Assembly (NCBI GenBank): GCA_965178125.1
Contig: OZ237752.1
Location: 62,001-126,000, forward strand
Length of the DNA stretch: 64,000 nucleotides
Direction of reading: 5' to 3'
From: Bilabrum cf. latius
Taxonomy: Eukaryota
Both the position numbers and the translations under genes were made by a program. The stretch's first letter is position 1. Each line of letters starts with the position of its first letter. Below, piece by piece: positions 25,301 to 40,300 of this stretch. The notes beneath the pieces are model-generated. The model searched no databases, was not told the origin of the DNA, and saw nothing but the letters and a program-made list of their open reading frames with translations.

Positions 25301-28300
25301 CGTGTGCGGGGACACGGACTGCGCCCTGCCGCCCTGCTCCTCGGGTTTCAACTGCACCTTCCGATTCCGAGACACGCACACTCCCTCCCTTGCTGCTCTG
25401 CAGGTGCAGTCCAGAGACGTGCAGGAGGGTAGCTTGGACCCTGGGCGGGTGGCTGCGGCCGGCGTGGCGGCTGATGGCGACGTGCTTCGCCTGAGCCTGC
25501 CGGGGCTCGCCCACTTCCTCTCGTTGTCGGCCAACCGCACGGCTGCCAACGGCACCGAGGCGGACCGGCTGCGGTCCAACCTGACCCGGGCTGCCCCCTC
25601 CTTGGTTCAAGTGTTCGTCACACAGACCACGGAGCAGGTGGCCGGTGCTGGCTCTGCGGCCTGGAGGCAGGCCATTCGAGAGAGAGACGCGCGGCGAGCG
25701 GCGGCTGCCTCTGGCTACAACGAAGTCGACTACACGTTCACGCCGTACGATGCAAGCAGCGACGAAGGAGAGGAGCACCCGCTCGAGTGCGACCCCTTCT
25801 GGATCAGCGCTCAGGACGGTGACCTCCTGTGCAGAGTGAGAGGGGCGGCGCTGGCCCCCGTGGGCGAGCACTCGCTGCGAGTGAGGGTGCGCGGCGTCGG
25901 GGACTCGGAGTCGCAATCCTTCCGCACGGGCCCTCGGGTGGACCGCGTGAGCATGCCTGGCGTGGAGCTCAGCTCCCAGGGTGGTGGCGCCGTGGTGGTC
26001 ATAGAGGGCAGGGGACTCATCTGGGGGAACAGCGCGGCCGCTGCCAGGGCACTGCTGGAGTGGGAGCGCGCGGAGCCCGTGCGAGACGGCCTCTCTGTCC
26101 CCGCTGCAACTGGCGGCGTGCTGCCGCCGTTTCCGATCTCGGGGTCGGGTGGGAGCTCCTTTGCGCTTCCCGACGTGGTGCTGCCTTTGGCCAGTACACG
26201 GTGCCGCCTCACCGCGGTGATCCCGCCCAGCCCCGAGCGGGTGGCCTGCGTGATGGAGGCACTGCCCGCGGGTGGACCCGCCGCCACCTTTGACAGCGGC
26301 GTGCTGGTGAGCATGGCAGGGGTGGTGGCTGGCTGTGCCGCTGCTCCTCCCGACGCCGGTGAAGACGACGACACGCCCCCCGTGGTCGTGGGTGGCGATG
26401 CAGCCGGAGCCATTTGCGGCCTGGCGCGGTACGACGACGGAACACTCAACGGCTACACCCCGCTCGTCAGCAGCCTCGCCACGACGGGGGGCTCTGCAGG
26501 CCAGGTGATGGCCATCGAGGGGGAGGGGTTTGCAGGGGCCAGCGTGACGGGCGACGACTACTATGACGATGAACCGGTCGTGAGGACGCTGCTGGGCACG
26601 GGATCATTCCCGCAGTACCTGGCCAATGGGCAGCTGGAGCGCCCTCCCGCGCTGCTGCCAGATACCTCCATGGATATTGAAGGTGCTGCTGTGCCTGTCG
26701 TCATGCTCGGGCCCGTGCCCGCCCGCGTGGTTGCTTTCAACGACACGTTGATCCGATATGAGGTGCCCAGGGAACTACCCGCTGGCTACGTCACCCTTGT
26801 GGTGCGCACCACGCGGGGTGTAGCAGTCTGGGAGGGCCGCGACCACAACCGCCGCACTGGCATCGTGTCCGGTCACGTGCTCATCCGCGCTGCCCTGTTC
26901 GGCGTGGAGGTGCCCACGGGGCCCTGGGAGGAGGGTCTGGCCAGACCCGAGGACCGGGTCACTGACACGAGGTACTTTGACCGCCGCAGCGCCAGCGACA
27001 ACGGCTCGACTCCCTTCTGGACCACGCCTCTGGAAAAGCGCACGATATCGCCGAGGGGAGGGGCCGTGGTGGCTGTGCACGGCGCGGGCTTTGGGCCGGC
27101 CATGCCTCCCGCCGGCCTCGAGATGATGGTCGTGGACCCAGGTGCAAGAGCGGCTGCGCTACGGAGCGCATCCAGCATGCGGGGCCTGCAGCCAGAAGCA
27201 GGTGCACTGGACTCGCAGGAGTGCGTCGGAGGAGAGGCATTCTCTTCTGTTGGGCCCTCGCTAGTGTCCCCCTCGCTGGCGGTGGCCATAGGTGACATGC
27301 CAGGGCTGGGCACGAACCGGAGCCACGAGGCGGCCTGGGACATCGTCGCGCCTGGAATTGCATCTGCTGTGGGAGGTGATCTGCCTGGCAGTGCGGGTCC
27401 TGCCGCGGCGTGCGGTCTTCCGTTCTGGTCTCGCATGCTGATGCGGGGCTACTCTCTGTCGGCGCAGGTGTACAACTGCTATCGCTCGATCCCACTCTTC
27501 TCCAATGGCACCTATGCCGAGATCCTCACGGGCCACTGCGACTCGAGCAAGAGGTGGGGACAGGTGCATCTCGTCACTCACTCGCCCAGTACGGCAGCGC
27601 GACTCGCCGATCCCAGGCGCCGGGCGGGTGCCAGCGCGGGCTCCTGGGCAGCGTACGGCCGCACCACGAACCATCGGGAGGTGTACATCGGCTCCGAGAC
27701 AGAAGCAGACTGGCGAGGGAGCGGGGGGACCAATCGGCCGCTGATCGAGGGCGTGTGGGGGCTAGACGAGGTGGTCGAGTTGGGAAGGGAACAAGAAGAT
27801 GCACTGCAGCCGAATGCGTCGGATTGGTCGCTAGACGACGTGCCGCAGCAGAGCGAAAACCACACTGGCATGCCCCCGCACCCCCTGCCAGCCACCGTGG
27901 CAACCTCCCTTCTGGCTGGCCACGGCATGGGCGAGGCATGGATGCAGCAGGAGGTCTTGGAGGGTCTGGCCCAGGCCATGCGCAACGGGTCGGTGCCGCC
28001 TGTCCTGGTGCTGCGGTCCGCGGGTTCAGAGGGCGCGGCGGGCTTCAGAGGCACCCTCGTCCCCCAGGTGCGGGGTGCCCCCATCCCAGCCGGCATGGCA
28101 TCGAACCAGTCCACGCAGCGATCTTGCGCCGCCAACGCAACCGATCTAATCCAGCTGTTGCTTGGCTCTGCAGGGACTAGCGATCCGCCTTCGATCAGCG
28201 TTGCAGAGGGGCTTCCCGCAGTCCTTCGAAGCTGCATGCCGCGTGGCGTCACGGTGGATGTGGGCGGGGCTGCGTGCTGGGTCCTAGCGTACACTCCGTC

Positions 28301-31300
28301 GTCGATCATGTGCGTCATGGAGACAGCCCCAGCTGGAGGCAGGACACTGCAAGTGGACCTGCGGTGGACGGGGTACGGGTACGGAGAGGCAGCAGCACCT
28401 GGCAAGCGGCCTGGCCCTGCAGCCAGGAGCGTGGGCACATCAGTGGCCGGGTCTTGGATGACGAGCGACTCCATTCGGCTGTACGGGGCTGCTGCGGCAG
28501 GGTCTGCCACCGTGCAGCCACTCGGGGATGAATTCGCCGCACCCATTGAGATCCACGGGGTTGCACCAGTGAGGGCATCCGTTCATGATGCAGCCCTCTC
28601 TCAGCACGGCAATCGCACCCTCCAGCAGTAGGCAGCGGATGCCGTGGTGCGGGAGTCGAATGGGGCGTGGGCGACCGCCGCCCCGGGTGGAGGGTCCCGC
28701 TTGCTGATATGGGGCAGGGGGTTCGCGGCTGCACCGTTTGACTCCAGGCAGGCAGCAGGTAGCAACCGTGTGATGCTGCGGGCGCGGGAGAGCGGCACCT
28801 CCGCCACGCAAGGTGGCAACTCATCGCTGCTGGGGGACGGTTTGGCCCAAGGGAGCGCGCTGCGTCCGTGGCGCGAGTGCGCAGTGGTTGCCTCCTCCTT
28901 CCGGTGGGTGCTTTGCGAGACGCCTGCCCTGCGAAATGACTCGGCAGCTTCCACGCACCTTGCAGATGGCGTGGGAGTGGAGGTTGACGTGCGGGTGGAG
29001 ACAAGGGGTCCATTCGCGGCCCATGCAGGGCCTGTGCTGCGGACCAGCGGTGTGTTTACCCGCTACAACGGCCGCACCTAGGCCATCGTGCTGGCCGAAC
29101 AAGCACTCGGCCCCGCAGCCGCGGCGGGAGCCGCACTCGCTGCAGCCGCGGGCCCGGATGGCAACTCTTCCGCCCTCGTCTCCTGGCTGAACAGCGACCT
29201 GGGCCGCGTGACGCATCGTGCTGCAGGTCATGCAGACGGATTCGCGTCCCCCCTTGCGCATTCAGGGTACAGGGGCTCCTTGCTGGCCGCGGGGGCTGAC
29301 GGTCCGATTCTCATTGCGCCTCAACCGAGCGACTCAACCACAGCCACCTACCCGCAGTGGCCTGCCCTACTGGACGCGCCTTCGATCCTGCATGCCGCCG
29401 AGGAGGCCCAGGGAGGCACCAGTTGGATCGACCCGGCGCAGTCGGGGTCGCGCATGTGCTCTGCAAGCACCGTGTTTGGAGGCGCTGCCGAGGGCTGGGT
29501 CCGACTGAGGACTGCGCAGTCGTCGCTGGACCTTCCGCCGCTCGGCGTGGCCGCTGGCACTCGTCCCGCTGCCGATGGCTATGCCTTGCAGCACACAGCA
29601 CGGGCCGTGATCGCGAGGACTCGCAGGTCTACGCCCTTGAACCAGGAGGCGGCCAAGTTGTGGCCGCAGCAGGCGCCGGATGGCCTCCAAATCGCCGTGC
29701 TTTCGCCTGGCTAGCTGCGGTTCGTGCTGGAGGAGCGTGCCTTTGCCATCGCCGGAGATGCCGGCGACAGCACTGCGCTGCAGCAGGCGAGGGCAGCCGC
29801 TTACCTGCAGTCCATTCCAGACGGCAGCTCCGTCGTCATTGCCGCGAATCGGGATTTTTCCCGCAGACGATGGAGCCATGAACTTCGGTCCGCCATGCGG
29901 CGGTGCGGCGCCGGGGCGTTCCTGGACGACGTGCTGGCGCCTTGGGGGCAGCGCACGAGCAACCCGCGATACGCCGTGGTGGGCGAATGCAGAGATGCTC
30001 AGTCGCGGTGCCCTGCAGGTGCCCTGGCGGGGGCCTCGCTGCGCCGCGCGTAGTGGATGGAGTCAGCCCTGGGGTCGGGGCGCGGTGTCGGGATCGGGGG
30101 CAGCCTGACCTCCGCTGTGTCGTTGGGCGGGGGAGCCAGGTCATCGTCCAGCATGGCGGACCTTGAGGAGGCCCTGGCTGGTGGCAGGCTGACGAACGGA
30201 TGGTACGAGGCCTCGCCCGGGGCAGGTGTCGCGGCCCGCGGTGGATTGAACGCAAGCGACTCCCCTGACGCTGCCTCTACCGGCCTGGATTGGGAAGCCC
30301 AGCGACAGCTGGTGGACCCCATGGCGGGGTATCGCCGGGTTGCTGACCTCCCTGCCTCGCGAGGGGTGGGGCGGGCGGACCTGCCAGTGCTTCCCCTCGT
30401 GCCCGCGCAAGGTGGGGCACAATGGACAGCCGGGAACGGGTCAATGCACGATTTTTAGCTCCACGACCGCAGGGCAACGCCGTGGGCTGCGTGCGCGGGA
30501 TCGCAATTAGCTGTTGAGTATTCCGACCCCGCAGATTTCTCCTTGGTCGTGGGTGGACGAGACCTGTGGGGGCGGCCCGCCGTGGCCCCTGCCGCCTTCG
30601 CCTACCGAGAGCCCGGGTCTGGAGATGCGCCGGTCGTGGAGCGAGTGACGCCGCTCATCAGCAGCACGGCGGGAGGGGCTACCATCCGAATCAAGGGTCA
30701 GGTTCTTGCAGGCGCAACGGTGCGGATGGCTGGCGTGCTGTGTGGGACAACCCGGGAGCAGCTGGGGTACTACAGAGACAGACACCTGTGTGACTGGCCG
30801 GGGGTGCACTGCGGCGACATGCACGCAAACGACACACACATCGCCTGCATCACCAACCCAGCCAGAGGGTCGGCGGGAGCCAAGGCTGGTGAAGTAGAGG
30901 TGCAAGTGCCGGGGGCAGGCATCGCAACAGTGCTGCCAGGGGCCGGAGACGCGTGCATCCCGCGCGGTCTGGGCGTGATTGAGCCTTAGAATGCCGGCCT
31001 GCTGGCCGACTCTGCCCTTGAGGCATCCAGAGAGGCCTCATGTGGTGGCCTGGACAGCCAGAACCGCGAGACAGCGGACTTCAACGAGTCAACGAGTGGA
31101 GGTCTGGCTGCCTCCTCCCGCCGCAACGTGTTCAGGTTCGCGGACCGCTGGAGCGCCCGCACGACGTGGGGCGGGGGTGATCCGCCAGTGTCCGGGGACT
31201 CCGTTGTGATACCGGAGAACGAGACGGTGCTCCTAGACGTGAGCCCGCCTCGCCTGGAGCTGCTGGTGGTCATGGGTGAGTTGGTTTTCCTGGACCAGCA

Positions 31301-34300
31301 GGACCTGGAGCTTATCGCCCGGCACATCATGGTCAGAGGGGGTGCCATCCGGATTGGTGCGCCGGGAGTGCCGCACCGGCACCGGGCCGTGATCACGCTG
31401 TACGGAGACAGGCGCGATTACGCAATCCCGCTGTACGGTGCCAAGGTGCTTGCGGTGCGGGAAGGACTGCTTGACTTGCACGGCCTGGCCCCGCGCATGC
31501 CTTGGACGAGGCTCAGTGCCACAGCGAGCGCGGGCGAGACATCCATCGAGGTTGGGGGTGACGCGAGCGACTGGCCGGTTGGGGGCGAGGTCATGATCGC
31601 TGCCACGGACCACTGGCACGATGAAGCGGAGACGAGGCTCATCACGGGGGTCCAGCGACTGCCAGCGGACCCTGCCTCTGCTTCGGGCGCGCCCAGGACC
31701 CGGCTGCAGCTGGACAGGCCTCTGCGGTCGGTTCACCTCTCCGCCAGGTACTCCTACCAGGGCAGGTTGTACGACCCTCAGTCTACCTCGAGACAGCTGC
31801 GTGATGCGCAGAACGCAATAGAGGCGGCTCGAGTGGGCGGTGGCTCGTAGCCCGTGGATGCAGGCTCGGTGTGGAGGCCCAGACCCGTGGCTGACACGGA
31901 GCGACACATCGACGTGGCCGCCGAGGTGGCTTTGCTGACGAGGAACGTGGTGGTGCGCGGGGACATGCCCACGTCCTTTGACGTGCAGTACGGGGCACAG
32001 ATCCACGTGCTGTCTCCGGAGCGGATCTACGGACCCAGGTCCGTTCTGGTGCGCATGGACGGCGTAGAGATGCGGCAGGTCGGTCAGGCCTTCTGGGCGC
32101 GGAGACACCCCCTGCTCCTCTCCGAGGCCGGAGACATGCAGGGCAGCTACGTGCGGAGGTGCTCCGTGCACCGGTCGTACAACGGTGCCATCGTGCTGGA
32201 TCGGGTGCAAGGGGTTGTGCTCGATGACAACGTGGCATTTGACATCCGAGGCCACGCCATCCGAGTCGGGTCCACGGGAGCAGAGACGGGCAACGTGATC
32301 CGCCGCAATCTTGTGGCCGTGGTGCGACCTGTGTGGAGCATGCTGCTGACGGAACAAACCCCTGCTGCCTTCTACCTCCGCAACCCCAGCAACTACATCC
32401 AGGACAACGTGGCCGCGGGGGCCTCTCACCACGGGTTCTGGTTCCATGTCCCGCGCACGCCGGACGAGCAGGCGGTTGGCGCAATCGGCGGGCCCAGCGG
32501 CAACGGCGTGGAGCAGTGCCCCCGCCGGGCCGCGCTCGGGTCTTTCGAAGGAAACGTGGTGCACTCTGTGGGCGGGGCCGGCGTGTGGTTCTCGCAGCCG
32601 TGGATGCCAAGCGCCCCGCACAAGCCGTGGGAAGCTGCCTTTGAGGAGGAGGCGCAGGCAGGGTCCTCTGCCCAGTTCGGAGCCGTCACTGATGGGCAGT
32701 CCACCGCACTGATGGGTGCCACCAGAGGAGATGGGCCTGAAGGCACGTGTTCCAACGACGCGAGGCCCGCCCCTGCCCTGCTGCATGACACTCTGGTGTA
32801 CAAAGCATCGGGCCCAGCTATGCGCGCGGTTGCCCTTGGTGCCGTGAGCCTGGACGGTTTCCGCGTGGGAGACACCTTGGGCAGTGGCTTGGAGGTGCAG
32901 TTCTGGGGCGGGGACCGGATGCCCTTCTCACCCTTCCTGCGGCGGGCCCTTCTTGTCGACAGGACGCCCAATGCGTACACGGCGGCCCGCGGTTGGGCGG
33001 CCCTACACCTCCCCGGTCTGAGTAGCGGCCTGGTGGTGGAGGACGCGATCATGGGGGGCTACAATAGGACGCTGCGGGCGTGCTACGGCTGCCCCAAGGC
33101 GCACACAGGAGGGTACGACACTTCGTTTGCCAACCTCACATTCTATCCGGCGCCTGTGGCGGGTGCTGCCGGCCTGGACGAAGAAGACGCGCAGAATGTC
33201 ACGCAGCTGGTGGTTAGGGACGAGGAGGTGGACGGCATCTCTGCCACGAGGGAGGGATACATGGGCTGGTCCCAGACCCAGGTGCTCGGGGGCCGCCGGA
33301 GAGACGCGTGGGACGGAGCCCGGGTGCACTTCGACTGGGCCTCGCAGGCCATACTGACCGACCTGGACGGTTCGCTGACATCGGCTGCTTCTCTGGTGGA
33401 GATAACCGGGGGCCTCGCGGGATCCGGCAACGAGAGCGTGGCATTCCCGTCTGTGAATGATGCCCGCGCAATCATGACCCCAGGGGTGCTCCTTCCCGGC
33501 ACTGCCCACACCCGGGGCCTTGCCGGGCCCATGGCACCGCCGCTACCGGGGGCACCGGACCTTGACCGTCTGACGGCGGAGGGTGTCGTCCGTGTGCCTC
33601 CGATTTGCAGGAACAATGACGACCGGCTGCTGGGTCCCACCGCCTCTGCTTGCAGGCACCTTCGTGCGGTCCGCATTGCGGCAGATCAGATTGACTATCG
33701 CTTCCGCGGGGTCGGCCTGCGCGTCAAGCTCATGGTTCCCGGTCGCCGTGGCCAGTGTGAGGACTGGAGCACGTGGTGGGGTGCGCTGGCGGGGAGCGCC
33801 GCAGCTCCCTTGCAGCGAAATGCATCTTCGTGCGCTGCAGTACCCGGCAGTACCCTGGAGCCTGCCCCGTTCGTGAGCTTCGACCCGACCGACGCGACCA
33901 GCCAGCCTGCCTATTCACAGGCTGCCGGCGAGTCGTACAGCGCCAATCTAGGCAGGTCGCTCGGCGCGGTGCGCGCAAGGTACGTGCAGGACTCGCACCC
34001 GACGTACGGCTGGCAGTTCACCGCGTTTGAGGGATTCGAGCACGACCTCTGGTTCGAGAGCCCCTCGCCCGCTCTCTTCCCGCTTACCTACAGGGTCTCC
34101 GCAAATAGGCTGGGCCGGATCAGGCAGCTGTGGAGGAAGCGGTACGAGGACAACGACTGGTTCTGGGGGCATGCGAATCCTGCCGTGCTGGATGCGGTGC
34201 CCAGGTAGTACATCCTGCAGCACAATTGGACGGATGTGATGGGCGCGCAGCAGCTGCACATGTACGGGTCACCTAGCAACCCATTGGGCTCCTGGCATCG

Positions 34301-37300
34301 GGCTGTGTCCATGCTGCGGGGGGATGCGGACGATGTGCGGAGCGGCGCTTCGGCTTCATCCGCTGGCGGGCTATGGAGCGAGCTCCTGCCGTTTGTGCGG
34401 CCCGTGGTGCCGCAGTCTGCCCCGACGGCCCTCGATGCCCTGCCTCCCGCCCTAGAGGCGGCCCGGCGCGGACTGCTTCTGTCCCAGCGCGCGGTGGCTG
34501 CAGAGGCTGCTCTGGCGCTGAGGCAGGCCAGTGGTGCGTGGGGCCTCGGGACCGAGACGCAGTGGGACGCAGCCAGGCACCTGCCCACGGCGGGACGATT
34601 GCGCATTCGGTACGACTACCCGTTTCCCCCCGACCATCTGCGCACCACTTCGGGAGCCAGAACCCTCTATGCGCAGGGCAGTGACCCGGGCCCGTCCTCT
34701 GACTAGTCTGCCCTGCACGAGGACCTGGTTCTGTCCGGCCTCTCCCACGTGGGCACCGGGACAGAGACTGGCTCGGTGCTGCCCATGCACAGACGGGAGC
34801 GGGCCGTGCTGCGAGTCGGAGCTGCCACAGACCAGGCACTGCGGGAAGTGCGCGAGCGCGAAGCGAGCGCGGCGATTGCCTCCAGGCGGGCATCGGCGGG
34901 CGAGGTGGACGGCGCAGTGGTGGCCATCGGCCTCTCGAGCTCACCTGGCAGCTCGCGGGCGTCCGGCCATCTGCGGCTGCCAGCGTTTGCATACGGGGAC
35001 AAATATGCGGCCCTGCACAACACGAGGCGGATCGAAGAAGCCCAGGACGTCGGCTTCTCACTTTGCATGTGGGTGCAGCCCCTCGCGGGCGTCGGGCAGG
35101 CGTCCAGCGCGCGCCTCATCGATGTTGGGATGGACCGGCTGCTGGCCGATGAGGAGCTTCCGGAGCAATCGTCGCGGCGAAGGGCAGAAATTAGCCTGTA
35201 TCACACCAGCCGCGACCAGTACACGCTGTACGTGAGGTGGCAGAACACCTGGCGCACCGCGAGAGCGAACCATGACGTGGAGCCAGGTCAGTGGACGCAC
35301 GTGTGCGTCATGTACTCTCCGAAGAAGGAGAGGGTAGCAGTCACCATGGACGGGAGGGCAGTGGCGCAGCTGAGAGTTTCCCGGGCTCCCCCTTCGGACA
35401 GCCGCCCGCATGTGTACGTGGGCCGTAGCGCCTACTCAGCCTCTGCCACCAGCTGGCACCAGTGGAGGGGATTCGTCGCGGACATCACACTGTGGCGCCG
35501 GGGACTCTCCTTCCAGGAGGCCCACGCCCTGTACACGGGGGCTTCACCAGGGTCCGTGGCCGTCATCGGCACTGGGAGGATGCATCCAGAGGCGGACGAG
35601 GCGCAAATCCAGGCGATGCTGCGGAGGGGCCGCGCCGCGCTGCGCGGCGACAGCGCAGCTGTGGAGGTAGCCCCGGGCTCTCTAGAGATGCAGGCTGACC
35701 TGGTGGGCTGGTGGGGCACCCGTGCGGTGCAGTGTGACGAGGGATGGGCGGAGGACATCCGCCACCTGGGTCCCGAGGCGCCCAACCGGACAGAGTGCCT
35801 GGACCTTGTGCTCGGGTCTGGGGTGAACACAACGGCAGATCGGCGGTGGCTCAACGGCTCTGTCCATGCCTTGCCCGGTGACGGGGATTCCGGATCGTTC
35901 AGTCTGATCGACGCTCGAGCGCTCCTGCAAGACGGTGCGCGCGTGCTGAATGCCTCGGGCTTCGCTGCTGCAGGAGGCTCTTCCTCCTCGCTGGATGTGC
36001 TGGTTGCCCCTGTGCAGCACGGGGAACAGCACCTGTCCACTGCAACGTTCGCGCACTACTTTCTGCTCGAGGACTCCACGCCGGTGCACTCGTCATACAG
36101 GGCGTGCCCCGCCACGGGCTGCATGCTGCCGCCGCCCCCTCCCCCTGCGCCACCGCAGGGCCCCGAGGAGCAGTGGCCCCCGCGGGTGGGATACTGGTCC
36201 GATCCGGACCTCTGGATCAACCGCGAGAACGTGGTGCCGGAGGAAGGCGACGACGTGGACATCCCGCCGCGCTGGCTCGTGTACCTGGATGTGCCTACCG
36301 CTCGGATGGAGTCGCTGACGGTGCGCGGCACGCTGCAGTTCCTCAGAGACCGCGACCTGCAGCTGCTCGCGAGGTACATCGAGGTGCCTGCGAGCGGGGC
36401 CATCCTGGTGGGCCAGGGCGAGGGCAGGCCGCACAGCGCCGACAGGAAGGCCGTCATCACGGTGCACTCTGGCAACGGCCAGATCCCGATGCGCACTCTG
36501 CTGAACGGAGGCAAGATCGAGATGAGGGGGGCGCGGCCGGAGCCATCGGCCGTGGTGCGGCTGTGGGGCACTGCAAGGACAGGGTCCAGACTCGTGACGG
36601 TGGAGGGCGACCTCGGTGCGGGGTGGGACGAGGGCGCCGAGGTGGTGGTGAGCTCGAGCTCCTTCGAGTCCCGAGACGCTGAGCGGGCGGTGATCTCCGC
36701 CGTGGTCCGCCCCTCCGACCACACCAGAATGGCAGGCAGCATCCTGAGCCCAGCGGATGCAATGGCGCTGCAGGACGGGGAGCTCCGGTGCCAGTGGCTG
36801 GGTGCTTCCAACCGCACGGCCAACGTGACGGTTCTGGTCTTGGACAGAGCCCTGGCCCGCCCGCACTTTGGCGAGCTGCAGGTGGTGGACGTGGACAAGG
36901 GCCAGCCCGTGTCCGAGTGCACCACGCTGGACCTGCGCGCCTCTGTGGCTCTGCTATCCAGGAACGTGGTGTTCGAAGGGGAGGAGGGCGGTGGGTCCCT
37001 CTTCCTGCAGACACAGCCGAGCCTGGTCCTAGACGGGGTGGAGTTCAGGCGCTACGGCTTCGAGCACGCCGAGATCACGAAGGGGCTCGTGGCGGTGGGT
37101 GGGGGCACCGGGTTCCAGGTGAGACACTGTGCGTGGCACAGGGGCTTCAACGGGGCCATCAAGTTGAGCGGGCGCGGGTGGTCTATCCGCGACTCTGTTT
37201 TCTTCGAGGCTCAGGGATCTGCGCTGGTGCTGCGGGGAGGCAGGGCGGGCCAGACCCCCGCGCGCATCGAAGGGAATTACGGTCTGGTTGCCGGCCGCAA

Positions 37301-40300
37301 CCTCGGGTGGGAGCCGGTGGGGCAGTCGGCGGTGTTCAACGTGCAGGGGGAGATGGGCGAGACGGAAGGCAGCTCCGACGTGGTGGTAGCGGGCAATCGC
37401 TGCGGCGGTGCGGACGGGATCTGCTTCCGGGTCATGGCTCTCCCGCGGTGTCCAGACACGCGGTATGGCGACAGCGAGCTCGCGCCGGGCCTACACGAGC
37501 TGCAGCAATCTCCTGGCGACGCCGGCGCGACTCCCTCCATGCCCGCCTTCCGCGACAACGAAGCAATGAGCGCGCCTCTTGGACTGCACACCGAGCGCGG
37601 CTGCGAGCTGCGCCGGTTCACGGCCGCGCGGTGCTCCAGGTACGGCGTGATGCACAACAGCAAGCACGGTCTCAGGGCACGAGGCATCGTGCTGGCGGAC
37701 AACAGGGTGTCTCTGGCAGGGAACCCCGAGCTGTCAGGCACCCGTGTCCTGCTGGAGGACTCTGTGCTAGTGGGGCACTCACAGGCCGTTGAGCTGACCG
37801 CTGGTGCGGAGGCGTGCGACGCTCGGCTGTACCTGGCCCGCCTTGTGCTGGAGGGCGTAGACCTTGTCGTGGCGCAGGGTGCTGCCGCGCTGGGTGCAGA
37901 GGTGCCAGCGGGCGGTGCGGGGCGGCGGCGCGGGACGGCAGACCCGGATATGCCTCGGATTGCATCGCTGACAGCGTGGGCGCCAGACCTGGCTGCATCC
38001 ATCCTGGGGGGGGAGAGCGTCGCTGCGGCGGAAGCGGGGCTCGATGCAACGTCTGCACAGCAGACCACTGACGATGTCATCGATGACGATGATGACGATG
38101 ACGACGACTCTGCGCGTTTGACCGCTGCTGCCTCCCTTCATGGCCTCGCCGTCCAGAGGCTCGCAGAACGGCTGGCGAGCGAAGATGCAACGGGGGTCGC
38201 TGCGGCTGCGCGGGAGGAATCGTCCTCCTCTTCTTCTTCTTTATCTGGTGCAGCTAACCTTGCAGGCCTGGTGACCGAGGTGCCCCCAGCTCGGCGGGCG
38301 CTGCTAGAGAGAGCCGCCCAAATGGTTGGTCTGCGGGACAGCGACGTGGAGCTGGCACTGGATGCCACGCAGAGACAGTGCCCAATTCGTCGTGGTGTAG
38401 TTAGGAGTCTCAGGCGCGTGTATGCCGTGCCTGACGAGGAAACCCTGGCGCGGGCGGTGGCCAGCGCCGCGCAGGAGAGCGGCTAGAACACTCCCGATAC
38501 CCTAGCGTCCTCCGGCAGCGGCGAGACGGGCGCGCTGGGTGGGCTGTTGGACACCCTCGGGGATCTGGCTGAGAGCGTGCAGGCGCTGTTGGACTCTCTG
38601 GGCCTCTCCAGAGCGGCCCTCGAGAGGGCGGCGCGAGCATCGAGGGCCCGATCCCTGGCCCTGCTGGAAGGGGACTGGGAGGAGGGCACGCCGGGGGCGG
38701 CGTGGACTGGGATTCTGCTGCCGTCATTCACCCGCGAATCGCAGCTGGAGCCCAGCGGGAACGAAGCAGGTCTCTCCGAAGACGGGGCACCCATGCACGC
38801 GGTGCGGTCTTGGCCCAAGAGGCCAGGCATGAGTGCCTGGCGCAACGTGACTTTTAGCAGATTCGGCAACACAACTGCAGCTCGTGCGTTATCCACAGGG
38901 GTCGGCGCTTCGTTGACGACGACCGGCCTGCGCGCGGTGGCCATCTCGAGCAACCCGCACAGCCACTACAGCTGTCCGCCCGTGCACGTGGCCCGCCTCC
39001 GCTGGGACCGTGTGGCGGACGCCAGCCGCGTGTGGATGCGCCCGCCCACTCGATACTGCGGGCTGGAGCACTGCGACGGTCTGAGCATCTGTCTTCTTAA
39101 GGACGAAGACGGCTCGCTGACGGGGCTGCCGGGAGGTTCCGTCATTCCGGCGCACCAGCGGTGGCCGAGGTATATCGAGCGCGGATGCAGGTCGGTGAGT
39201 CCGCTGGCACGGCAGGCCTGCCTCTGGTGGATGAAAGACCAGCCGAGGATCCACGTGGCAGCGGCGCACAATCCCCGCAGGCAGGGTATCCTCCGCTTCA
39301 GGGCGCAGGAGCCAGCAGAAGGAGTGGCGTGGCTGGGACAGGTCGTGCAGCCGGCGTCCGTGTCCTTTGAAGAAGACCTGGCCGTGTACTTCTTCGGGAC
39401 AAACGACTCGTATGCACTGGAGGATAGACAGGACGCATACTACCGTGCGCTGGCCAGGCAGTGCTCCAGAGGCGCAAGGGACCCGGCCTGCAGGGCTCCG
39501 TTCACCATCCCCCCTGCAGGGAGCCGTCGGCATGAGGGACTGCTGGGGCTAGAGGGCGGACCGGCGAGCCTGGGCGCGGCGCAGCTCAGCCCCGTGGCCG
39601 TCGATGAGGCGGCACGCGGCTGGCTGGGGCCTGTCCCGGGCCGCTGCACGGAGGCCCCCGGCCCCTGGGAGGCGTACGCGTGCTCCCGCATGGGCCACGT
39701 GGCCCTCGTCATCGAGAGCCTGGACGCCGATTCCACCCTGCGGCGCGCTGCCCCCGTGGGTCTGACGGAGGAGGCCCTGGGCGCCACTGACCTGCTGTCG
39801 GGGCCCATGGGCCTGACGACTTTCTGGGCCGTCGCGGCGGCGGACCGGGTGTTCCGCGTAGATTTCACCGGGAACAACCCCAGGCACATTCGGCTGCAGC
39901 TGCCAGACGCCCGCCCTCATGAACGCCTGACTCTAGAGGCGTGGTACTCGAGCCCCTTGCGGCTAGAGGTGTGGTCCGGGCGATACTTCAGGGACACGGT
40001 GCCCAAGCGATCGAGGCTGCTGCGGACCGTGGCGGCGCACGGCACGAACCATTTCGACCGCGTGCATCGGATCCTGGCGGTGGTGCTGCGGGGCCCGCGC
40101 CCGCTGGAAATCCGCACTCGTCACGTGGTGCAGATCTCTCTGACGGTCGCCGTGTCTTTGGACGAGTTCTTCGACGAGTTCCTGGTGCGCAACCTGGCGT
40201 CTGTGCTGATGATCAGTCCGGACAGGATCAAGGTTGTTGATGTGGTGCCTGGCAACGGGAGGCGTGCCCTGAGGAGCAGCAGTGCTGCTGCTGATGGCGG